From Halalkalibacterium halodurans (lineage in GTDB: Bacteria; Bacillota; Bacilli; Bacillales; Bacillaceae_D), in the NCBI RefSeq assembly GCF_004376175.1, contig NZ_SNUY01000052.1, positions 1-29,915 on the forward strand: a DNA stretch of 29,915 nucleotides, in the 5' to 3' direction. This document shows positions 17,043 through 24,929 of this stretch, piece after piece; positions within the stretch are counted from its first letter, which is position 1; each line of letters opens with the position of its first letter. Below the pieces are notes generated by a model, which did no database searches, was not told the origin of the DNA, and saw only the letters and a program-made list of their open reading frames with translations. The position numbers and the translations under genes are program-made.

Positions 17043-17222
17043 CTAAGACAAGCGTAAATGAGCGTTCAGTGCTTCGTGCCATTTCTGCTTTGTCTGTTGA
17101 TTCGTCCGTTCTAAATACTGGATTAACATCCATAATCCTTTATGGTCAAGGTTGTCGATGACCCTCTTCATGACGGCAGCATCCGTCGTATGCTCTAAGA
17201 AGTAGATGATTTCTTGTCTCAT
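17043..17222 (-). CDS. Hypothetical small protein, 59 aa (below the ORF-track cutoff)
   Basis: My translation is MRQEIIYFLEHTTDAAVMKRVIDNLDHKGLWMLIQYLERTNQQTKQKWHEALNAHLRLS. The SD AAAGGGG lies 5 nt before the ATG. The ORF starts 22 nt after the metE stop and ends 17 nt before the terminator. Confidence 0.5.
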   Translation of the reverse strand: MRQEIIYFLEHTTDAAVMKRVIDNLDHKGLWMLIQYLERTNQQTKQKWHEALNAHLRLS

Positions 17223-17244
17223 CCTTACCCCTTTCGTGAGAGGA

Positions 17245-19515
17245 TTAAGCTTTCGTTTTTAGCTCTTCTCGTGCAGCTCGTGCGGCAGCTACCATGTTCT
17301 TAAGGGCGGCTACGGTTTCTTTTTCCGCGCGAGTCTTTAAGCCACAATCAGGGTTAACCCAGAAAAGGCTAGCTGGCAAGACCGTTAACGCGCGGCGGAT
17401 GACATTTAGCATTTCTTCTTCTGAAGGAACGCGAGGGCTGTGAATATCGTAGACCCCTAACCCAATTCCCTTTTCATACGTCGTCTTTTCAAACGCGCTA
17501 ATCATTTCTCCGTGGCTTCGTGATGTCTCGATGGAAATGACGTCTGCATCAAGATCATCGATGGCTTCGATCATTTCATGGAATTCGCTGTAGCACATAT
17601 GGGTATGAATTTGCGTCGTTGCCTTCACATGGGCGCAGCTCGCACGGAAGGCGGACACGGCCCAGTCTAAGTACTCTTGCTGATCTTCAGCTTTTAATGG
17701 CAGACCTTCACGAATCGCCGGTTCGTCAATTTGAATCATTTCGATACCCGCTTCTTCTAATGCCGTCACTTCATGGGTGAGGGCCTCCGCGATTTGATGT
17801 GCAATCACAGTTAACGGTAAGTCATCACGAACGAACGACCAGTTTAAAATCGTGACAGGGCCTGTGAGCATGCCTTTCACCGGTTTGTCCGTTAACGATT
17901 GGGCATACACGGTTTCTGCTACCGTCATTGGTTCGGTGAAGCTCACATTTCCATAAATGATTGGCGGCTTGACGCAGCGGGAGCCATATGATTGCACCCA
18001 ACCGTTGGCTGTGAATGCAAAGCCATCTAACTTCTCACCGAAAAATTCAACCATGTCGTTGCGCTCAAATTCTCCGTGAACGAGTACATCGAGGCCAAGC
18101 TCTTCTTGGATATTGATCCACTTTTCAATGTAGGACTTCATCGTCCGCTCATACTCGACTGTCGATAGCTCCCCTTTTCGCCATAACGATCTTGTGCGAC
18201 GCACATCTTTTGTTTGCGGGAAGCTTCCGATCGTTGTCGTTGGAAGAAGAGGAAGCTGCCATTTTTCTTCTTGAACCGGACGGCGCTCGTTAAAGGATTG
18301 TGGGCGCTTTTTGTTTTCAAGGTTATGAGATGTTGCTGCTCCAGAGCGCCAGCCTGATTTTTCGAGAGCGGCTAAAGCGTCGTCATTGGCCTCAAGCGCT
18401 TCTTTCACCTCAGCTTCATTTCCTGCGGCTAGCTGTTTTAATGTGTGAAGCTCGGTTAGTTTTTCATTAGCAAATGCAAGCACACCTAGCAACGTTGGGT
18501 CGAGTTTTTCCTCACGCTTGGTTGTAACCGGTACGTGGAGAAGGCTGCATGATGGTTGCAATACAAGACGATCTTTCGCTACATGCTGTTCTAATTGGTG
18601 AACAAGCTCATGGCGCTCGCGTAAGTTGCTAATCCAAATGTTGCGTCCATCAATGATTCCGGCAGCAAGCACCTTATCTTCAGGGAATCCGAACGTACGG
18701 AGAGCTTCAAGGTTTTTTGCCCCACCATGAACAAAGTCTAGACCAATGCCCTTCACTGGAAGAGAGACGACCTCTTCGTAAAAAGTCACCGCGTCAAAAT
18801 ACGTTTGTAGGAAGAGTGGTGCATCGGCGATCGCTTCGTTTATTTGCTCGTAAATACGTGTAACAAGCGCCATTTCTCGTGCTGAAATGGAGGTAACAAG
18901 GGATGGCTCATCCACTTGAATGGAACGAGCACCTGCATCGACGAGCTCCTGGATGACCTGGATGTAAAGCGGTAGCAATGATTGAATCGTCTCTTGAAGC
19001 TTATCCTCTTCATAGCCTTTGGCTAGCTTTACAAATGAGTATGGACCTAGAATGACAGGCTTTCCATCAATGCCTAATTCATTTTTTGCTTCTAAATAGG
19101 CCTCAAGTGGAGCGTTTTTCGTTAAGCGTGGTGCAGCATCATGTAGCTCAGGAACGATGTAATGGTAGTTTGTGTTGTACCACTTCGTCATTTCACACGC
19201 CTGGGCGTTTTTGCTTCCTCGTGCCATAGCAAAGTAAGTAGAGAGTGTCGGCGTATCACCTTGTTGTAAGAATCGTTTTGGAATAATTCCGAACATTACG
19301 GCCATATCGAGCACATGGTCATAAAGGGTAAAGTCACCAACAGGAATGAGATCAACCTCTTGTTCTTGTTGCACGCGTAAATGATTGAGGCGAAGCTCTT
19401 TCATTGTGGCGAGCAATTGTTCTTCAGTGGTGTCATTTGCCCAGAACGATTCAAGTGCTTTTTTCCATTCGCGGTTTTCGCCAATACGTGGGTATCCTAG
19501 ATTGCTAGTCAACAT
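17245..19515 (-). CDS. metE: Cobalamin-independent methionine synthase MetE (5-methyltetrahydropteroyltriglutamate-homocysteine S-methyltransferase), 756 aa
   Basis: It is full-length and two-domain. It begins MLTSNLGYPRIGENREWKKALE and has the C-terminal Zn-site region THMCYSEF...WVNPDCGLKTR. Confidence 0.95.
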   Translation of the reverse strand: MLTSNLGYPRIGENREWKKALESFWANDTTEEQLLATMKELRLNHLRVQQEQEVDLIPVGDFTLYDHVLDMAVMFGIIPKRFLQQGDTPTLSTYFAMARGSKNAQACEMTKWYNTNYHYIVPELHDAAPRLTKNAPLEAYLEAKNELGIDGKPVILGPYSFVKLAKGYEEDKLQETIQSLLPLYIQVIQELVDAGARSIQVDEPSLVTSISAREMALVTRIYEQINEAIADAPLFLQTYFDAVTFYEEVVSLPVKGIGLDFVHGGAKNLEALRTFGFPEDKVLAAGIIDGRNIWISNLRERHELVHQLEQHVAKDRLVLQPSCSLLHVPVTTKREEKLDPTLLGVLAFANEKLTELHTLKQLAAGNEAEVKEALEANDDALAALEKSGWRSGAATSHNLENKKRPQSFNERRPVQEEKWQLPLLPTTTIGSFPQTKDVRRTRSLWRKGELSTVEYERTMKSYIEKWINIQEELGLDVLVHGEFERNDMVEFFGEKLDGFAFTANGWVQSYGSRCVKPPIIYGNVSFTEPMTVAETVYAQSLTDKPVKGMLTGPVTILNWSFVRDDLPLTVIAHQIAEALTHEVTALEEAGIEMIQIDEPAIREGLPLKAEDQQEYLDWAVSAFRASCAHVKATTQIHTHMCYSEFHEMIEAIDDLDADVISIETSRSHGEMISAFEKTTYEKGIGLGVYDIHSPRVPSEEEMLNVIRRALTVLPASLFWVNPDCGLKTRAEKETVAALKNMVAAARAAREELKTKA

Positions 19516-19550
19516 GTAAAATTCCTCCTTGAAGTGATAGAGTAAAAAGG

Positions 19551-19602
19551 TAAAATAAAAAGGATATTTTTACCAATATGGGAGAGTGGTAAAAATATCC
19601 TT
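19551..19602 (-). terminator. Intrinsic terminator, expression platform of the metE cobalamin riboswitch
   Basis: The minus strand reads AAGGATATTTTTACCA-CTCTCCCATAT-TGGTAAAAATATCCTT followed by TTTATTTT, about 40 nt upstream of the metE RBS. Confidence 0.85.
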
Positions 19603-19668
19603 CGTTGGATGCAACGAAACATGTTTGAAACACCTCCCTATCTCCCGTAGGTAAAAGCAGTGCTGTTA

Positions 19669-19841
19669 GAACAGGCAGGTCTCCTGGCTCTAGCGTCAAC
19701 ATTGCAACAGTCTTCCCAACCAATGAACGGTCAGTGACAATATCGTTACAACTCAGCTATGACAGTGGCGGGACCGCTCCGGATTTGCACCGGATTCCCT
19801 TTTAAACATTAAGTCTATCATGTGACTTAACGTACCTGTTC
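19669..19841 (-). promoter_or_regulatory. Cobalamin (AdoCbl/B12) riboswitch aptamer in the metE leader
   Basis: The minus strand carries AAAAGGGAATCCGGTGCAAATCCGGAGCGGTCCCGCCACTGT (B12-box core, plus-strand 19762-19800). It also carries the conserved 3' element AGCCAGGAGACCTGCC (19674-19689). The closing helix P1 is GAACAGG/CCTGTTC (19835-19841 / 19669-19675). Confidence 0.85.
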
Positions 19842-19863
19842 CCAAACGATGAAATTTTAATCC

Positions 19864-19892
19864 ACTTTAACGGAGGAAAGCCGATTTGTCAA
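19864..19892 (-). promoter_or_regulatory. SigmaA-type promoter of the metE leader
   Basis: The minus strand reads TTGACA (19887-19892), a 17-nt spacer, then TAAAGT (19864-19869). Confidence 0.6.
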
Positions 19893-20205
19893 GTAGGAAA
19901 TAAGCGAAAACCTAATCAGTTTCTTTCCTCCTAACCCCTTTATATCAAGCTCTAATCCAATAAATCATAGTATTCTACTCTGTTTTTGCTATTTTAATGT
20001 AATATATTTTTTTGCGAGTGGCATCGTTCAGAGCAGTAAATCGAGAGTTGAAACATTAATCAATTGTATACAAAACCCTTACATAATTTACATTTTTAAA
20101 AAATAACTGTTACTTCTTGCATGGTACACTTTTCATGAAAAGGCTGAATGAACAGTACATATCTGGTCTTTCTAAAAAATCTATTTCATATGGAGGACGT
20201 ACATC

Positions 20206-21159
20206 ATGGGATTAAAAAAAGCAGGGGCATCTTTATTGCTAGCCACCTCATTATTTTTAACTGCATGTGGCTCAAGTGCCACGGACAGTGAAGTGAGCGA
20301 AGGGGACGCGGTTGGCGGTACAGATAGTGAAGCCTATGTACCTGAATCGTTAATGGTTCAGTTCGTTCCATCGCAAAATGCTGAAACGTTAGAGGCTAGA
20401 GCCAAGCCGCTTGAGAATCTGTTATCAGATGAATTAGGAATTGATGTGGAAGTTAGTGTATCAACTAATTATAATACGGTCGTTGAAGCGATGGCTTCTG
20501 GTCAGGTTGATGTCGGTTTCCTGCCGCCAAACGCTTATGTACAAGCTCACGATGAGTACGGTGCAGCAGAGGTTATCTTGCAATCGCAACGGTTTGGAGT
20601 GAACGAGGATGGTTCACCAACAGATGAGCTAGTCGATTACTATTTGTCGATGTTTATTGCCCGTGCCGACTCTGATATTGAATCGATTGCAGATATTAAA
20701 GGGAAAACGGTCGCCTTCCAGGACTACACATCATCAGCGGGATACGTTTGGCCTGCCGCGATTTTGTTAGACGAAGGGATCGATCCTTTAACAGATGTGA
20801 ATCCGCTCATTCTCCAAGGTCATGATGCAGGAGTTACTGCTGTCTTAAACGGTGAGGCAGATGTTGCTGCGATTTTCCAAGATGCGCGTAATGTTGTTGC
20901 GGGTGATTTTCCGACTGTTTTTGAAGATACAAAGGTGATTTCGTTCACAGAGCCGATTCCAAATGACACGATTTCTGTCCGATCCGATATGGATGATGAG
21001 TGGAAAAAGAAGATCCAGCAAGCTTTTATTAAAATTGGTCAATCTGAAGAAGGTCTAGAGATTATTCGTGATATCTATACGCATGAAGGTTATACCGAAT
21101 CAGAAGATGCTACCTTTGATATCGTTCGTGACTATGCGGAGCGTGTTCAAGGCGAATAA
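20206..21159 (+). CDS. phnD: Phosphonate/phosphite ABC transporter substrate-binding lipoprotein PhnD, 317 aa
   Basis: The signal peptide has the lipobox LFLTAC and is followed by an acidic linker. The PhnD-like core reads LMVQFVPSQN...YNTVVEAMASGQVDVGFLPP...YTSSAGYVWP. The phnC-E-E genes follow. Confidence 0.8.
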   Translation: MGLKKAGASLLLATSLFLTACGSSATDSEVSEGDAVGGTDSEAYVPESLMVQFVPSQNAETLEARAKPLENLLSDELGIDVEVSVSTNYNTVVEAMASGQVDVGFLPPNAYVQAHDEYGAAEVILQSQRFGVNEDGSPTDELVDYYLSMFIARADSDIESIADIKGKTVAFQDYTSSAGYVWPAAILLDEGIDPLTDVNPLILQGHDAGVTAVLNGEADVAAIFQDARNVVAGDFPTVFEDTKVISFTEPIPNDTISVRSDMDDEWKKKIQQAFIKIGQSEEGLEIIRDIYTHEGYTESEDATFDIVRDYAERVQGE

Positions 21160-21246
21160 AGGCTACTGAATCTCTGATTTTCACTTCATTACTTTTCTCT
21201 ATTAGTCTATTAATAGGTCGTATCTCTAGGGGCTCACGATCTTGAG

Positions 21247-21290
21247 GTTGTCCAAAAGGGGGGAGAGCTCCCTTTTGAACAACTTTTTTT
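21247..21290 (+). terminator. Strong intrinsic terminator between phnD and phnC
   Basis: GTTGTCCAAAAGGG-GGGAGAGCT-CCCTTTTGAACAAC followed by TTTTTTT. Confidence 0.8.
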
Positions 21291-21417
21291 CCTCTTTAAG
21301 GACTTTGCTTCTGTAAAAGATGAAGGATAAGAAAAAATTGCACCCGCCATTTACGGCTTGGGTGAACCAAGCTTTCTCATTTTACGACTTAACTACTTAT
21401 TAGAAAGTTGGATTTCT

Positions 21418-22191
21418 ATGATTGAACTGAAGAATGTCTCAAAAGTGTATCCGAATGGAGTAATAGGGTTAGACAATATTAATTTAACGATTGAAAAAGG
21501 GGAATTTGTCGCGATTGTCGGTTTATCTGGAGCGGGTAAATCGACCTTATTGCGTGCCATGAATCGTTTGATCGATATATCCGATGGTGACATTATGATT
21601 AATCGTCGATCGATCACTTCAGCAAGTGGAAAAGAGCTACGTATGATGCGAAGAGATATTGGAATGATCTTTCAAAATTTTAATCTTGTGAAACGCTCCA
21701 CTGTCTTACGTAACGTCCTTTCTGGTCGGGTGGCTCATAATCACACGTTTCGTACGCTTTTCAATCTATTTCCTCAAAAAGATGTAGATCTCGCCCTTCA
21801 ATCACTTGAAAGAGTTAATATTTTAGAAAAAGCCTATACCCGTTCTAGTCAATTATCAGGCGGTCAACAGCAGCGTGTCTCGATCGCTCGTGCCCTTGCG
21901 CAAGAGGCAAAAATGATATTGGCTGATGAACCGACGGCATCGCTAGATCCGGTCACGACGAAACAAGTGATGGATGATTTAAAAAAAATTAATACAGAGG
22001 ATCAGGTGACAGTTGTCATTAACTTGCATTTTGTTGACTTAGCAAGAGAGTATGCCACAAGAATTATTGGCTTACGGGACGGAAAGGTCGTTTTTGATGG
22101 TCCAGCGCAAAGAGCAACAGACGAGGTGTTTAAAGATATTTACGGTAGACCACTTAAAGAGGATGAATTGTTAGGAAAGGAAGTCGGGTGA
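21418..22191 (+). CDS. phnC: Phosphonate ABC transporter ATP-binding protein PhnC, 257 aa
   Basis: Starting at [14 protein letters not shown] places Walker [10 protein letters not shown] at the usual distance. The signature [15 protein letters not shown] and Walker [12 protein letters not shown] are present. The RBS is weak, and the tracked TTG 21358 start has none. Confidence 0.8.
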   Translation: MIELKNVSKVYPNGVIGLDNINLTIEKGEFVAIVGLSGAGKSTLLRAMNRLIDISDGDIMINRRSITSASGKELRMMRRDIGMIFQNFNLVKRSTVLRNVLSGRVAHNHTFRTLFNLFPQKDVDLALQSLERVNILEKAYTRSSQLSGGQQQRVSIARALAQEAKMILADEPTASLDPVTTKQVMDDLKKINTEDQVTVVINLHFVDLAREYATRIIGLRDGKVVFDGPAQRATDEVFKDIYGRPLKEDELLGKEVG

Positions 22192-22982
22192 TGGAAACGA
22201 AACTGAATGATCGGGTGCCAATAAAGCCTTCACGACATTCCTTTTACCTTTTTCTCGTGATTCTATTTATCATTGTTTTTGCAAGTGCTATTTACATTGA
22301 GGCTGACCCTTATGTCATCGTTCAAAATGGTTCCAATATGTTTGACCTCATATCACGCATGTTTCCGCCGGACTGGTCTTATATCGTCACAACGACACCG
22401 GCGATGCTCGATACGATTCGAATGGCTTTACTTGGGACAACGATGGGAACAATTCTCTCCATCCCAGTCATGTTCCTTTGCGCAAGGAACATGTTTCACG
22501 TACGGTGGCTTGTTGAAGCGTCGCGTATTGGGTTAAATGTGTTACGGACGATACCAGACTTACTGCTTGCTGCCATTTTTGCGGCGATTCTTGGATATTC
22601 ATCTCTAGCAGGCATTGTGGCTCTGTCTGTTTTTTCTGTAGGAATCATTGCGAAGTTGTCGTTCGAAGCGATTGAAAACATTGATGACGGCCCGCTAGAG
22701 TCTATGACAGCCGTTGGGGCAAACAAATTACAATGGATAGCGTTTGGGGTCGTACCGCAAATCATGCCCCACTTTGTGTCCTATGTTCTTTACACGTTTG
22801 AGATTAATATCCGAGCGGCCGCGATTCTCGGATTAGTTGGAGCGGGTGGAATCGGGCTATTCTATAACCGAGCGCTCAGTTCCTTTAACTATGACCAAGT
22901 GCTGGCGCTTATTCTTTATACGTTGGTCGTTGTTATCCTCATTGATCTGATTAGCTTGAAGACAAGGGAGAAGTTACTATGA
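22191..22982 (+). CDS. phnE: Phosphonate ABC transporter permease PhnE (copy 1), ~263 aa
   Basis: It is a multi-TM protein with the PhnE-type motif FEINIRAAAILGLVGAGGIG. Its ATG overlaps the phnC TGA. Confidence 0.8.
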   Translation: METKLNDRVPIKPSRHSFYLFLVILFIIVFASAIYIEADPYVIVQNGSNMFDLISRMFPPDWSYIVTTTPAMLDTIRMALLGTTMGTILSIPVMFLCARNMFHVRWLVEASRIGLNVLRTIPDLLLAAIFAAILGYSSLAGIVALSVFSVGIIAKLSFEAIENIDDGPLESMTAVGANKLQWIAFGVVPQIMPHFVSYVLYTFEINIRAAAILGLVGAGGIGLFYNRALSSFNYDQVLALILYTLVVVILIDLISLKTREKLL

Positions 22983-23782
22983 AACGGTCCGATTTGTTTA
23001 AAAAAGAACGGTTCTTGAGAAGAGCAAAATTTTCTTTGTTGTTTATTGTTCTACTCGCTTTATACGGATGGGCAATTGCGGGTATACAGTTTAACGGGAT
23101 GCTTGATACGGCATGGCCCGTTACAAAAAGCATTGTACAAGGGTTTCTTACACCTGATACTAGTTATATCTATAATCCTGAGGGAGAAGATTTGCTTAGA
23201 GGTTTGCTTGAGACATTAGCTATCGCGATAGTAGGTATCTGTCTGTCTATTGTTCTCGCGATTCCGATTGGCCTTTGGGCCGCGAAAAATTTAAGTTCAA
23301 CCCCGCTTATTTCACAAGGAGGAAAATCGACTCTTAGTTTTATTCGTACCTTACCGGATATCATTTTAGCTCTTCTATTTATCAAAGTCGTAGGCCCCGG
23401 CGCTTATGCAGGAATGTTAGCTTTAGGGATTGGGGCGATCGGGATGCTAGGGAAATTGTACGCAGAAGAGGTAGAGGCGATGGATCCAGGTCCGGTAGAA
23501 TCGATCGTCGCCGTTGGCGGAAATAAATTAGAGCAGTTAGCCTTTGGCGTGATTCCACAAGTTTTACCAGGCTTTATTTCTGCGACTTTATACCGATTCG
23601 AAATTAATATGCGCTCGGCGGCCACACTGGGGGTCATTGGAGCTGGTGGGATTGGTACACCGTTAATCTTTGCAATTCAGGCAAGGAATTGGGATAGGGT
23701 AGGGATGATCATGATCGGGGTTGTCCTTGTGGTTTTAATCGTCGATTGGTGTTCAAGCGCCTTGAGGAAACGAGTGTTATAA
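22979..23782 (+). CDS. phnE: Phosphonate ABC transporter permease PhnE (copy 2), 267 aa
   Basis: It carries the paralogous motif FEINMRSAATLGVIGAGGIG. An ATGA overlap links it to the upstream permease gene. Confidence 0.8.
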   Translation: MKRSDLFKKERFLRRAKFSLLFIVLLALYGWAIAGIQFNGMLDTAWPVTKSIVQGFLTPDTSYIYNPEGEDLLRGLLETLAIAIVGICLSIVLAIPIGLWAAKNLSSTPLISQGGKSTLSFIRTLPDIILALLFIKVVGPGAYAGMLALGIGAIGMLGKLYAEEVEAMDPGPVESIVAVGGNKLEQLAFGVIPQVLPGFISATLYRFEINMRSAATLGVIGAGGIGTPLIFAIQARNWDRVGMIMIGVVLVVLIVDWCSSALRKRVL

Positions 23783-23832
23783 AAGGCTATGTCAAACGGG
23801 AGTACGTTTTCCTTTTGCCATAGCCTTTTTTA
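23782..23832. terminator. Bidirectional terminator between phnE2 and the convergent GNAT gene
   Basis: AAAGGCTATG...CATAGCCTTTTTT with an inner AAACG/CGTTT helix. Confidence 0.65.
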
Positions 23833-23843
23833 CTTCAAATATG

Positions 23844-24380
23844 TCATTGTGAGTACTTCCGTTCATTCCATTCCCGTTTCAGCATACTCATTTCAATCAG
23901 ATCCCAATATTCTCCTTTGACTTTTGTATTTTGCCGAAGGAGCCCTTCCCGTTGAAATCCTATTTTTTCGTAGCGGTGAATTGCACGAACATTAAAAGAA
24001 AACACACCGAGAGAGACTCGATTTAACGAAAGTTGCTCAAAGGCGATTCGAAGCAGCTCCTCAATCATTGGCGCCGCAAATCCTTTTCCTCTTGCTGCTG
24101 GAAAGACGAGCACTTTGCCCATTCGAGCCGACTCGTTAACACGATCCACTTTTCCGAGTGCAATATGGCCAATGGTTTCACTAGAACCTACGGCTTTCAC
24201 CTTGAATATGTATTGATCGCTTCCGTCCATATTTGCCCCATCAATGTAAGAAGCCAGCTGGGATCGCGTGAGGGGATATGTGAAGGCTGAGCCGCTCCAT
24301 TGCTTTAAAAACTCGGGAGATTCGATATGTTTTAGGAGCTGGTCAAAGTCTGATTCATTAAAGTCCAAAAGTTCAATCAT
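23844..24380 (-). CDS. GNAT-family N-acetyltransferase (RimJ/RimL-like), 178 aa
   Basis: VFPAARGKGFAAPMIEELLRIAFEQLSLNRVSLGVFSFNVRAIHRYEKIGFQREG is a typical Acetyltransf_3 layout. Confidence 0.8.
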   Translation of the reverse strand: MIELLDFNESDFDQLLKHIESPEFLKQWSGSAFTYPLTRSQLASYIDGANMDGSDQYIFKVKAVGSSETIGHIALGKVDRVNESARMGKVLVFPAARGKGFAAPMIEELLRIAFEQLSLNRVSLGVFSFNVRAIHRYEKIGFQREGLLRQNTKVKGEYWDLIEMSMLKREWNERKYSQ

Positions 24381-24491
24381 CGGTGGCCATCCTTTCTTCA
24401 GATTTGCCTTCTCCCTTTATTATATATTTTTTAGGAGTAAGGTGGTCTTATTTTAGAAAAACCCAATTTCAAAGATAGAGGTAAAAAATAC

Positions 24492-24520
24492 TTTACAAAA
24501 TGTAACTCGTTCTTTACAAT
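24492..24520 (+). promoter_or_regulatory. SigmaA-type promoter of the small-membrane-protein/ABC operon
   Basis: TTTACA (24492-24497), a 17-nt spacer, then TACAAT (24515-24520). Confidence 0.6.
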
Positions 24521-24569
24521 GAAGGTGAACCTTTTGGAGTTAATATCCAGTAAAGGGAGTGAATGAAGT

Positions 24570-24875
24570 ATGCAGCTTGAAGAGATTGCGTTTTATGGAA
24601 GTTCGATTGGCGGATTATTGGTGATCATAGCGTTTGTTGTGTTTTGGATTGTCGCTAAGCAAGCAGGTGAAACTGGTCACGCGAACGAGATCTTTTTGAA
24701 AGTGTATCGCTTGATGTTTTCTGTGCTTGCCATTTTTATTCTTTCCAGTGTTGTTTTTAATTTAGGGGAAAAAGTAACAGGTCACTTGTTTCAGCAAGTT
24801 TCCTTAACCGTATTTTCGATTGCTACGTTTCTTGGAGCTGTATATCTACTCATCCTGAATAAAACGCGTAGCTAG
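24570..24875 (+). CDS. Small integral membrane protein, 101 aa, three predicted TM helices (possible LanH/NukH-like accessory immunity protein)
   Basis: Hydrophobic segments lie at about residues 10-29, 43-64 and 75-96. The RBS AAGGGAG is present. It is the first gene of the ABC operon and I saw no terminator before the next gene. Confidence 0.6.
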   Translation: MQLEEIAFYGSSIGGLLVIIAFVVFWIVAKQAGETGHANEIFLKVYRLMFSVLAIFILSSVVFNLGEKVTGHLFQQVSLTVFSIATFLGAVYLLILNKTRS

Positions 24876-24929
24876 TCATATCTGTTTTTTACTCGTATCG
24901 AAACGTAAATGGAAGATGGAGGGTTCATA

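Noticed and set aside
19505-19723. 72-aa minus-strand ORF overlapping the metE start and leader
   Set aside because: The region is explained by the cobalamin riboswitch 3' half, its terminator and the metE RBS, so the ORF is fortuitous.
19921-19975. Possible degenerate S-box (SAM-I) remnant upstream of the metE promoter (minus strand CTTGATATAAAGGGGTTAGGAGGAAAG)
   Set aside because: It has only a vague resemblance to CTTATCAAGAGAGGTGGAGGGA. The downstream GGCCC/GCAACC/GGTGCTAA elements are missing, and it lies upstream of the predicted promoter.
20064-20100. 10-bp palindrome TTGTATACAA and TATACA/CTTACA/TTTACA hexamers upstream of phnD as PhoP boxes
   Set aside because: The hexamer spacing (11 then 9 bp) and sequences fit the TT(A/T/C)ACA-N5 rule only partly. 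The region is very A+T rich, so such hexamers are expected by chance.
21321-21404. 27-aa ORF ([27 protein letters not shown]) between phnD and phnC
   Set aside because: It has no SD sequence and no recognisable features, and is probably non-coding spacer.
21358-21417. Tracked TTG start of phnC
   Set aside because: It has no RBS and adds 20 residues not seen in PhnC-type N-termini. ATG 21418 places Walker A at the usual position.
21981-21988. A8 homopolymer tracts in phnC (21981-21988) and at the 5' end of the second LanF-like gene (27356-27363) as phase-variation switches
   Set aside because: A7-A8 runs encoding Lys-Lys are common in A+T-rich Firmicute genes, and both genes are in frame here. 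Nothing indicates slippage.
24520-24567. 15-aa ORF (MKVNLLELISSKGSE) upstream of the small membrane protein as a leader or lantibiotic-like peptide
   Set aside because: It starts inside the -10 region, so it probably lies upstream of or at the TSS. It has no RBS, and no Cys/Ser/Thr-rich core typical of lanthipeptides.
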